Below are positions 13,401-25,400 of a stretch of 64,000 nt of DNA, one piece after another. The stretch comes from Mobula hypostoma (lineage: Eukaryota). How positions within the stretch are numbered: the stretch's first letter is position 1; each line of letters starts with the position of its first letter. The position numbers were made by a program, and so were the translations under genes. Below the pieces are notes generated by a model. It was not told the DNA's origin, did not search any database, and worked only from the letters and a program-made list of their open reading frames with translations. The DNA lies in assembly GCF_963921235.1 (NCBI RefSeq), contig NC_086097.1:52826001-52890000 (forward strand). Reading direction: 5' to 3'.

Positions 13401-16400
13401 ATGAAAACCATGCGGCCTATGATTCTACATCTTTCCATCAACATTTTTCAGACTTTTTGGAAACTTCTGAAGTTGCAGTATTTATTTTTTCTGGAATGCA
13501 TTGTCATCCCATAGATTATACCACCATCTGCTGGTGTATCTTTGCTATTCTCCACTCCTACTATTTTTTAAATTTTAACTAACAAATCGAAGCTATGAAA
13601 AAGACTAAGACCAGTGTGAGAATTGTGAAGGCACCTACTGGAAATGACAATTAACAAAACATAAGCAAATTCATTCCTTATTATCATTGTATCCATGAAA
13701 GCATTCAAAATATTTCCAGTATAACTACTCGCTGCTGCAACTGAGTAGAAGGCACAGCTTCCAACCATTTGATTCTTGAACCAACAGGCAAAATACTAAG
13801 AACAAAAGTTTAGCAAAACTACGAACATTTTGAACATGACGCATTAAAATGGACTTTTCTTTTCTTCTAATTGTATCCTTACTTGTAAAATATTTGTGTT
13901 CTTATGAATGTTGCTTATATGATGCTATCTCTCTTTAATGCAGCTACAATTAAGTTTCTCAATGCGCCTGTGTGTACACGTATTTGGGCATATAACAATC
14001 AACCCATGTAATGAATGTTTTCATTCTTTACAGTCTACAAAATACAAGTGACTCACAGTAAAGAATATCAAGCAAAACCATTCAGCTGACAATGTTATAC
14101 TGACCTTACAACCTACTCCAGGATCAATCCAACACATTGCCCTCCAGTTTTCATTCATCCATATGCCTATCAAAGTGTCTCTTCAATGTGTCTTATGTCT
14201 CTGGCTCTACCACCACCTCCAGCAGCATATTCCATGCACCCACAACCTACAACCCAAAACCTACCTCTGACATCCCCGCATATACTTTCCTCCGATTTTA
14301 TTAAACGTATGCATTCTCTATTTGCCATTTCCACGATGGGAAAATGCTGCTGACTCTCCACTCTATCAATGCCACTTACCACTATACACCTCTATTATCA
14401 CTCAAACAACAGGAATTCTGCAGATGCTGGAAATTCAAGCAACACACATCAAAGTTGCTGGTGGACGCAGCAGGCCAGGCAGCATCTCTAGGAAGAGGTA
14501 CAGTCGACGTTTCGGGCTGACACCCTTCGTCAGGACTAACTGAAGGAAGAGTGAGTAAGAGATTTGAAAGTTGGAGGGGGAGGGGGAGATCCAAAATGAT
14601 AGTAGAAGACAGGAGGGGGAGGGATAGAGCCAAGAGCTGGACAGGTGATAGGCAAAAGGGGATACGAGAGGATCATGGGACAGGAGGTCCAGGAAGAAAG
14701 ACAAGGGGGGGGGACCCAGAGGATGGGCAAGGGGTATATTCAAAGGGACAGAGGGAGAAAAAGGAGAGTGAGAGAAAGAATGTGTGTATAAAAATAAGTA
14801 ACAGATAGGGTACGAGGGGGAGGTGGGGCATTAGCGGAAGTTAGAGAAGTCGATGTTCATGTCATCAGGTTGGAGGCTACCCAGACGGAATATAGGGTGT
14901 TGTTCCTCCAACCTGAGCGTGGCTTCATCCTTACAGTAGAGGAGGCCGTGGATAGACATGTCAGAATGGGAATGGGATGTGGAGTTAAAATGTGTGGCCA
15001 CTGGGAGATCCTGCTTTCTCTGGCAGACAGAGCGTAGGTGTTCAGCAAAGCGGTCTCCCAGTCTGTGTCGGGTCTTGCCAATATATAAAAGGCCACATCG
15101 GGAGCACTGGACGCAGTATATCACCCCAGCCGACTCACAGGTGAAGTGTCGCCTTACCTGGAAGGACTGTTTGGGGCCCTGAATGGTGGTAAGGGAGGAA
15201 GTGTAAGGGCATGTGTAGCACTTGTTCCGCTTACACGGATAAGTGCCAGGAGGGAGATCAGTGGGGAGGGATGGAGTCGTGTAGGGAGCGATCCCTGTGG
15301 AAAGCAGAGAGAGGGGGGGAGGGAAAGATGTGCTTAGTGGTGGGATCCCGTTGGATGTGGCGGAAGTTACGGATAATAATATGTTGGACCCGGAGGCTGG
15401 TGGGGTGGTAGGTGAGGACCAGGGGAACCCTATTCCTAGTGGGGTGGCGGGAGGATGGAGTGAGAGCAGATGTACGTGAAATGGGGGAGAAGCGTTTAAA
15501 AGCAGAGTTGATAGTGGAGGAAGGGAAGCCCCTTTCTTTAAAAAAGGAAAACATCTCCCTCGTCCTAGAATGAAAAGCCTCATCCTGAGAGCAGATGCGG
15601 CGGAGATGGAGGAATTGCGAGAGGGGGATGGCGTTTTTGCAAGAGACAGGGTGAAAAGAGGAGTAGTCCAAATAGCTGTGAGAGTCAGTAGGCTTATAGT
15701 CTATTATCACTCAGCCTCCTTTGCTCCAAAGTGAAAAGCCTTAACCTATCCTGATAGGACGTGCTCCGCAATCCAGGCAGCATCCTGATAAATCTCCACT
15801 GCACCCTCTGTAAAGCTTCCACGTCCTTCCTATAATGATGCAGCCAGAACTGAACACAATATTTCAAGTATGGTCTAACCAGAATTTTACAGAGATGCAA
15901 CATGGTCTCGTGGCTCCTGAACTCAGTCCCCTGTGTCATGAAGGCCATCACACCCACCCTATCAACTTGCTTGGCAGCTTTGAGGGAGCTACTGATGTGG
16001 TCCCCAAGATCCCTCTGTTCCTCCACACTGCAAAGAACCCTGTACTCTGCCTTCAAGTTTGATTTTCTAAAGTCTATCACTTCATACTTAAATGGATTGA
16101 ACTCCTTCTGCCACCTCTCAGCTCAGCTCTACATCCAATCAATGTCCCAATGTAACCTACAATAGCCTTCAACACTATCCACCACACCACAAACCTTGTA
16201 AAGGCCAGATATTAAATCTTTGAAGAGCATGATGCAATTGAGTCCTTTTGTGTTGTGTATTTCATATTGCAGTAATATTTAAATATATTGTTCAATATGG
16301 CATTCTTTGTTGTTTATATAACTCCTTATGGGTTAAAAGTAAAAATATGCAAATAGCTTACGTACATCATATGTCATCACACCACCATGTCATAAGCGTT

Positions 16401-19400
16401 CACCTTATTTAAAACTTAAAACAAACTATGGACATGTTATCCCGGGCCTCCATTGTTTTCTTTCAATTAGTTTTATGTTTTGGAGTTACAAAACATAACA
16501 GTGGTAATGAGTAAACTTTAAATCAAAACTGAAACAACTATCTACTGGATGAAGAGCAGCACACTTTCCTTGCAACAGAAGATAAAGGGTCAAGTAAAAA
16601 AAAAAGCACAGAATGATGATGTTTCTTTGGAAAAGTAGAGATGGTCAAGTGAAAAAAAAGACAGAAAACGGACAATATTCACAGGATCATAAACAGTAAG
16701 TACTAGGTGATAATAATAACGTTAATTTTTAAAAAGGCAGAAATGGGTGGCTATATTGGAAAGATAGATGATTTTGATTGCACAATAGATAACTGGTTCA
16801 TATATACCGAGTGAATTGAGCAGTATTTTGAAGCAAATGAAATAGCCAATGAAAAATGAGTGCCAGCTATACTGAGTGTACCAGTGGGAAAGCATACAGT
16901 TTGCTTAGAAGTTTCACTGCTCCAGCTAAACAAGGTGAAATGAGCTTTTCTAATATAGTGAAAATTATGCAGGAACAGTTAGAAACAAAACCATTGTTGA
17001 TTGCAGAATGTTTTAGGCTCCAAAAGCAGAATCAAAAGGAAGGGGAATGCATTTCAGCTTATGTGGCTGAATGTAAGAACTTATCTGAGCATTGCCTAAT
17101 GATGCACTGAGAGATCGTTTAATTTGATGACTCTTACAAGAAAGCATTCAAAAATGGCTCCTAACTGAACCACAACTTGTATTTAAAAGAGCAGCTGAAA
17201 TCACCGTATCAATGGAAACAGCAGACAGAGACACAATTGAGTTACAGTCAGGAATGAAAGTGAGAATGAACAAAATTGCAGCATCTAAGCAGAACCCTGC
17301 CTGCCCGAACAAATTGCGTTATCATTGTGGGAGGGGCTCACGTACACCAGAGTGATGCAGATTTAAATGCAAAACTTGCAGAATATACAACAAAGTAAAA
17401 CACATACACATAGCTCGTCGGGCAGACAAAATTAAATGTTTTCCCTTTTGTTTCCTGGAGGCCACAATTACAAGATCAAATTCAAGCGGACGACTAACCA
17501 TGGAAATAAAGGGAAGAGAAAAAGTCAAGCTGCAGTTTCAAAAAGAGCACTCATCTGCATGCTGCTGATGAAAAATCTGATAATGATGAGTGATATAGGA
17601 CTGCGTAGCCCTGAGATTTAAAATGTGAAAACTAACAATAGGTAAGCAATCTGGCTTATACCAGAAATGAACTGCAAATTAATTAAGATGGAATTGGACA
17701 CTGTTTCAGCCATTCCACAAAATGAATTTTAACAGCATTTCAAAGATACTGAGCTGAAGCCTGCAGATAGAAAATAGAGCCAGTATAGCACAGGAACAGG
17801 CTATTCGGCCCACAAAGTTGTGCCGAACGAGATAAAAAGCAAATCAAAACACCCAGACACTAACCCCTCCTATCTGCACTATCCATATCCCTCCATCTTC
17901 CTTACATGCATATGCCTATCCAAACATCTCTTAAAATCCTCTCATGTATTTGCCTCTAACAGCATACCAGGAAGCACATTCCAGGTACCACAACTCTGAG
18001 TAAAAAACTTACCCCTCACATCCCCTTTTAATCTACCCCCTCTCACCTTCAATGCATGCCCACTGGTATTACAGATTTCAACCCTGGGAAACAGATACTC
18101 TCTGTTCACTCAATCTACGCCTCTCATAACCTTGTAAACCTCTGTCAGGTCTTCCCTTAGCCTTCGGCGCTCCAGAGAAAACAACCCAAGTTTATCCAGC
18201 TTCTTGTGATAGCACATGCCCCCTAAACCAGGCAGCATCTTGGTAAACCTCTTTTGCACCCTTTCCAAAGCCTCAAGGTATTTCCTATAGTGGGATGACC
18301 AAAGCTGTTTGTAATATTTCAGATATGGCCTGACCAGAATTTTGCAACTGTTTGATGTTTGAACTCATCACTTTTATTAATAAAAGTATGCATTCCATAA
18401 GCTTTCTTAACCACCTTATTGATCTGTGTAGCCACTTTCAAGGAGCTATGAACTTGGACCCCAAGATCTCTCTGCTCAGCAACATTGTTAAGGATCTTGC
18501 CCTTAACAGTGTGCTGTTTCCTTGCATTTGCCCTGCTACAGTGCAACGCCTCACTCTTATCTGGGTTTAATTCCATCTGCCATTTGTCTGCCCATATTTG
18601 TAACTGGTCCATATCATGCTTTATTCTTTACCAGTCTTCTACGCTATCTACAACTCCACCAATCTTGGTATCATTCGCAAACACACCCATCTACATTTTT
18701 TACATCACTTATTTACATCACAAAGAGCAGAGATTCCAGCACAGACCCTTGAAGACCACTAATAACAGAACTCAACTCAAACAAGTCCCTTCAACCACTT
18801 CAACCAACATCGATTTCTCAGAGTTCCGGTAATTACTCCCCCTCTCCTTCACCGCCCCCCCATTCCTATTTCCCTCTCTTACCTGATCTCCTTACCTGCA
18901 CATCACATTCTCCTCTCTTTTCCCTTTCTTCCATGGACTTCTGTCCTCTCCTATCACATACCCCTTTCTCCAGCCCTGTGTCTCTTTCACCAATCAACTT
19001 CCCAGCTCTTTAATTCAACCCTCCCCCTTTCCCAGTTTCACCTATCACCTACCACCTTGTACTTCTTCCACCACCACCACCACGCCCCCCCCCCAACCTT
19101 CTTACTTTGATTTTGCATCTTTTTTTCCAGTCCTGATTAAGGGTCGTGGCCCAAAACATCGCCCATTTACATTTTTTCATAGATGCTGCCTGGCCTGCTG
19201 AGTTCCACCAGCATTTTGTGTGTGTCCCTTCGACCACTACCCTCTGCCTTCTGTGCGCAAGGTAGTTCTAAATCCAAACAGCCAATTCACCGCATCTTAA
19301 TCTTCCGGATAAGCCTCCCATGAGGGACTTTATCAAACAACTTACTGAAAATCCATATAGAGAATATCCTCTGCCCTACCTTCATCAACCTCTCTTGCCA

Positions 19401-22400
19401 ATTTGTCAAACAACTTAATGACTGGTAAGGCTTAACCCGCCCCACACAAAGCCACAGGTTCCCAAATGCTCAAATATCCTAACCCTGAGACTTTTCTCCA
19501 GCAATTTCCATACAACTGATGCGAGACTCGCTAGTCTAAGTTCCCAGGATTTTCTCTTGTTCCCTTCTTAAATAGAGGTACATTGCCACTCGCCAGTCCT
19601 CTGAGACCTCGCATTTGGCTAGAGAGGACATGCCTAGTAATTTCATCTCTTGCCTTCTTCAATAACCCGAGGTAAATCCCATCAGGCCCTGTGGACTTAC
19701 TCACCTTAATACTCATTAGGAGGCCCAACACTTCCTTCAAAGCACCCCAGTGTGTGGTGAAAACTTCCCAGCGGATTATCCGCACCCAATTGCCCACCAC
19801 TGAGAACATCTGCCATAAACACTGCCTGGGCAGGGCGAAAAGCATTATCAAGGATGCATCTCACCCTAACCATGGACTTTTTACTCTCCTCCCATCCGGT
19901 AGGCGCTACAGGGGCCTCCGCTCCCGCACCAGCAGGCATAGGAAGAGCCTCTTCCCTGAGGCTGTGCTCTTGCTGAACCTCACATCGCAATGCTAAGCAG
20001 TATTGCACCCATATTGTACTGTCTCAGTACTTAAAAATTTGTGTGCTGTAGCACTTACCTTTTATTCCCAGTTATTTTGTAAATAACACTATTGTTTGCA
20101 TTTCTGGTCAGATGCTAACTGCATTTCAATAGCTTTGTATCTGTACTCAGCACAATGACAATAAAGCTGAATCTAATCTAATCAAATCTAAATCTAAACA
20201 TTCTAATGTACTTATACACTCAGCTCTGATATTCAACTAAAAACTTATACTGGAGAAAAGATAATCCTGTGGGAATGACTTTGCAACAATGAAATACAAC
20301 ATCTAACAAGCCACATTGGGCTTGAATGTGATACAACAAAGAAGGGTCCGCATTGTGCAGTTGTGGTTGGCTCAGACAACTACAACTTGATTGGCGATCC
20401 AACTACCAGTTGCAAGCCACATACCCTGCCGTAGAGTTAACTGAAAGCAAATTAAGCAAGGTACTGGATTATGCCACAGCAGTGCTCAAAGATGCACTGG
20501 AAAACTCAAACATATCAAGGGTAAAACAGTTTTAAATGAAAATACCACACCCAAGTTTTACAAAGCCCTTCAGGTTCCGTATACCATGCCAGATAAAGTA
20601 GCCTGTGAGCTAGATCAGAAGGAGGCTGAAGGAATTCTTTCCAAGGTTGAGTGGAGCCTATGGGCAACATGAGTGGTCCCACTAGCCAGTGGCAGCTTCT
20701 GCAGGGATTTTAAGGTCACCACCAACTCAGTAATGAAAGTAGATCAATACCCTCTGCCCAGGATAGAGGATAGTTTTGCAAGCCTTTTTGGAGGGAAATA
20801 CTTCAGCAGAGAGGATTTAGCTGAGGCCTACCAAGAGATGGAGATGAAAGAAGAGTCCAAAGTGTTTCTCACAATAAACATTGTCAAAGGGCTTTATCAT
20901 TTTCATAGGTCTACTTTTGGAGCTGCAAATGCGCCTGCACTCTGGCAGAAAGCTATGGACCAGGTGTTGCAGGGCTGCCTGGGCACTCAGTGTTACCTGG
21001 ATGATATCATTGTTACTGGTGAGGACGAGAAAGGAACACCTCCAAATTCTCATGACAGTGTTAAGAAGTTTAAAAGATTGTGATCTCAGAGTACTACTTC
21101 CAAAACATAACAATTTGTCTTCAATGAAATAAATTAGATTAGATTCAACTTTATTGTCATTGTGCCGAGTACAGATACAAAGCCAATGAAATGCAGTTAG
21201 CATCTAACCAGAAATGCAAAGAATAGTGTTATTTACAAAATAACTGTGAATAAAAAGTAAGTGCTACAGCACACAAATATAAAAGTACTGAGACAGTACA
21301 ATATGGGTGCAATACGGCTTAGTGCTGTGATGTGAGGTTCAGCAGGGTCACAGCCTCAGGGAAGAAGCTCTTCCTGTGCCTGCTGCCGTGGGAGCGGAGG
21401 CTCCTGTAGCGCCTACCGGATGGGAAGAGAGTAAAAAGTCCATGGTTAGGGTGTGATGCATCCTTGATAATGCTTGTCGCCCTGCTCAGGCAGCGTTTAT
21501 GGTAGATGTTCTCAATGGTGGGCAATTGGGTGCTGATAATCCGCTAGGCAGTTTTCACCACACGCTGGAGTGCTTTGCAGTCCGATACGGGACAATTGCC
21601 ATACCACACTGAGATGCAGTTGGTGAGTATGCTCTCAATGGTACAGCGGTAAAAGTCCGTCAGTATCCTGGGACAGAGGTGAGCTTTCTTGATGCTCCGC
21701 AGGAAATAAAGGCCCTGTTGCGCCTTTTTGATCAGGAGGGAGGAGTTTAGGGACCAGGTGAGATGCTCAGAAATGTGGACACCAAGGAATTTGAAGCTTG
21801 ATACACACTCCACTACAGCTCCGTTGATGTAAATATAATTAACTTACTCAACAGATATACTGTAGATCATAGTAAGAATGCCAACTACTCAACTTGATGC
21901 TATTAAATCTCACAGCTGTTAATACATTTTAAAAGACCACTACTTAAGGCATACACTTAAGCATTCGTGAAACGTTTTGGGATTTCTACGCCTATTATGG
22001 AGGCATTTCTCAGAATTACTCGTTGATGGAGTACTAATCACTAATTATTTTAATATATCTGCTGGTACACAGCACTGTGTGTTACTGTCTGTGTCAAGGG
22101 ACAGAATGTTTTGTGAAACATGGACATTATTCCTCATAGCCTAGGATAGATTTTCAACCTTACTCATTAAAAAGCTTTTATTAAGCAAAATTTTAAAGGG
22201 TTTGAGGATTGAAAAATTAGCTATAAAGATATGATGATTTGGTTTTTGGTAACAATTCAGCGGTTCTAAAGATTGTTTGACTATTCTTATCTATAAATAA
22301 TTTTGGCAATGTTATAAAAAAAAGTTTACGCCCAACATAATCATCTGAATGGTCCATTACTGTATTCAGTCACATTAGCATGGATTTTAGAATAATCATA

Positions 22401-25400
22401 ACTGCCAGTACTGAATATATATCTAATTATTATAAGCTTTTCTATTGGATGTATCAGAAACTGAGCTCACATAGAACTTGGCTACAAAAGCTCAGCTCTG
22501 GTCAGTTTTGTTTTTAAAATGATCCTTTGGTTCAAAGTTCAAAGTTATTTTTTTTTAAATCAGAGTACATTCATGTCACCACATACAGCCCTGAGATTCT
22601 TTTTCTGTAAGCATACTTAGCAAATCTATAGAACATTAACTGTAAACTGTAAACATCAGGCACTGTAACCTGTAAATGCAGATACAAATAAATAGCAATA
22701 AAAATGAGCATGAAATAACAATATAAGGAAGAGTCCTTAATTGAGTCCGAAAATGAATATAGCTATCCTCTTTTGTTCAAAGGTTGAGGGGTAGTAACAG
22801 TTCTTGAACTTGGTGGTGAGAGTCCTGAGGCACCTGTACCTTCTTCCTGATGGCAGCAGTGAGAAAAAGTATGGCTTGGGTGGTGAGGATCTTTGATGAT
22901 GGATGCTGCTTTTCTATGGCAACAATTCATGTAGATGTGCTCAATTGCTGGGAAGGCTTTACCCATGATATACTGGGCTGAATCCACTGCCTGTTGTAGG
23001 ATTTTCCACTCAAAGGCATTGGTGTTCCAATTCAGGTCATAATGCAACCAGTCAGCACACTTCCCACCACACATCTATAGAAGCTGAATTGGGGTTCCGG
23101 TGATGTCATCATTCAGAATGGCAGCTTAAATCAATAGCTCCTCTGGAAAAACGCATACTTTCCCCGTTAATCCATCAAATATAGGATCTTTCCAAAATAT
23201 CTGAATTGATAAGGGGGGGGCAAGAATGAGGAAAAAGAATGGAGATAAAAAAAGCATCACTGCGGAGCCTATGGAAGAGAGAGGTACAGCGCGTGGCTCT
23301 CCCACACGTGTGTGTGGCGGCAAGGCTGACGCTGGGCCTCGTTCAGGTGAAGCGGCAAATATGATAAAGATTCTGAAAGAGATAAGGGAAGTCCAAAAAG
23401 ATAGCAACTAAATGATATAAAGTCAGAGCTTGCCAACGTCAATCAGAAAATAGCGATGGCAGAGACTCAAATTGAGAAGGTGGAAGATCACATACAAAAC
23501 ATGGAACAGATACTAAGTAAGACGATAAAAATATTAAATCAACAGGAAAGTAAATTGCTTGACCAGGAGAGAAGATCGCGACAGAAAAATATCAGGATTT
23601 ATAATGTTCCCGAAGGAGCGGAGGGATTGTTGATGATAGACTTTGTAGAAAAGCTGCTGCGGGAAGCACTGGAGATTCCCCCGACTATGGAGATTGAAAC
23701 TGAGAGGGCACATCGCTCGCTCGTCCCACGGCCCCCCGGAGACAGAGAAAGTAAGCTGCGCTCAATAGAACTTTGATTCAAGAGCAAGGCGGAGATTCTA
23801 CGAAGGGCCTGGGGTAAGAAGAGGGTTTTTTGGAACGGGAAGTTAATATACTTTGATCATGATTACCCCCCCCCCCCAGCGGTCCTACAGAGACGGAAGG
23901 AATATTCCGAAGCAAAATGAATATTAAAGCAAGAAAAGATTAAATTCCAAACCCCATACCCTGCTAAACTGAGGGTATTTTACCGAGAAGGGATACAACT
24001 ATATCTGACGATGGAAGAGGCAACCACAGACATGAAGAACAGAGGACTGTCCATTAGCGTGGTCAAACCAAGGGAAAGTCTGGCTGAGCAGCTGTCCCGA
24101 GCTGCTTGGGAAATAGTAAGAGAACCTAGAAAGCAGGGGACAGGAACAGAATGAGAGAAGGATATTAGGAAGAGACTGTGAGTTCTCCGAGCACAGCCCT
24201 CACCTCCTCCAGAAGAGCCATAAGGTTTGGCTAACTTTAAAAGTGCTGATAAACTAAACGGAAGCAAAAATAGATGGTGATATACCTATCTTGAGAAATA
24301 CGCATTATAATGTGGACTTTATATTACTCAATTTTTTTAAATTCATTCATTCAGTCCTTTTTCTCCACCTAAATGAGAATATACACATGGGAGTAATATA
24401 CAGGGAAATCATTTCTGTGTAATGGACATAGATTTTTTAAACTTACTTTTATAGGTACTGCAGCGGGGGCCCTCAACTCACAGGTAGGAGGGGCTATCCC
24501 CCACGGCTAGACTTTTCTTCCAGCCCAACCCAGGGTCATCTAGAGACCCCAGCCTTGGAATCACACCTTTGTTACCTTTTTTTTTATTATTCCCGTTTCT
24601 TGGCTCTTATTTGTTCAGGGAGTAGATTGATTAAGTTATATTCTGCAGATTTCAATGATATACTAACAGATGAATACACATGGCTAAGGACAAAGTAAAT
24701 TTCATTTCTTTTAATGTCAGTGGGCTGTTAAATCCAGTTAAGTGCAGTAAAATTCTATCAAAAAATGAAAAAGGAACAAGCTCATGCAGTATATTTACAG
24801 GAAACTCACTTAGGTGATAATGAGCATGGAAAATTAAAGAGAATGGGCTTCACTAATTTGGTTTTCTGCTCATATAAATCAGGACATTGAAGAGGAGTTG
24901 CTATTCTCATCTCAAGCAAGCTAAATTTTGAAAAGTATTCAAAATGGGAGATAAGGAGGGCAGATATATTCTGGTAAGGGGGAATATAGATGGAAATCCA
25001 GTTACTTTATTGTGTATATACGCACCCCCAGGAAGTGATTAGTTTCTTCCAGAAAATTACTAATATTATGGTAACGGAAACAGAAGGTCTCTTGATATGT
25101 GGAGGAGACTTAAATTTACAATTACAACCAAAGTTAGACTCTTCAAATAGAAAAACTTATGAAACAAAGTCCTTACATAAGAAAGTTAACACTCTTTTTG
25201 AGGATGTTGGTCTAATTGATATATGGAAGGACCTTTTCCCCGACAGAAGGGATTACACTCATTATTCTCTCCCCCCCACCCATTCCGTATATACAAGAAT
25301 AGACTATTTCATAACGTTTGGAAAAGATACAGACAAAATAATCACCTGTGGAATAGGGACAATAGATGTAAGTGACCATGCACCTATATATTTATCTGTT

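Larger units (their letters stand above)
14060..16197 (-). mobile_element. CR1 LINE 3' fragment interrupted by a Penelope insertion
   Basis: ORF 15694..16080 [13 protein letters not shown]...[12 protein letters not shown] continues after the insert as ORF 14170..14382. Confidence 0.8.
16251..21090 (+). mobile_element. Decayed Gypsy LTR retrotransposon (5' LTR 16251-16500; gag-protease 16743-17769; protease-RT about 20228-21090) split by nested insertions
   Basis: LTR tgttg...taaca followed by PBS-like gtggtaatgag; gag [28 protein letters not shown] and a Cys/His knuckle remnant; protease [27 protein letters not shown]. Confidence 0.88.
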
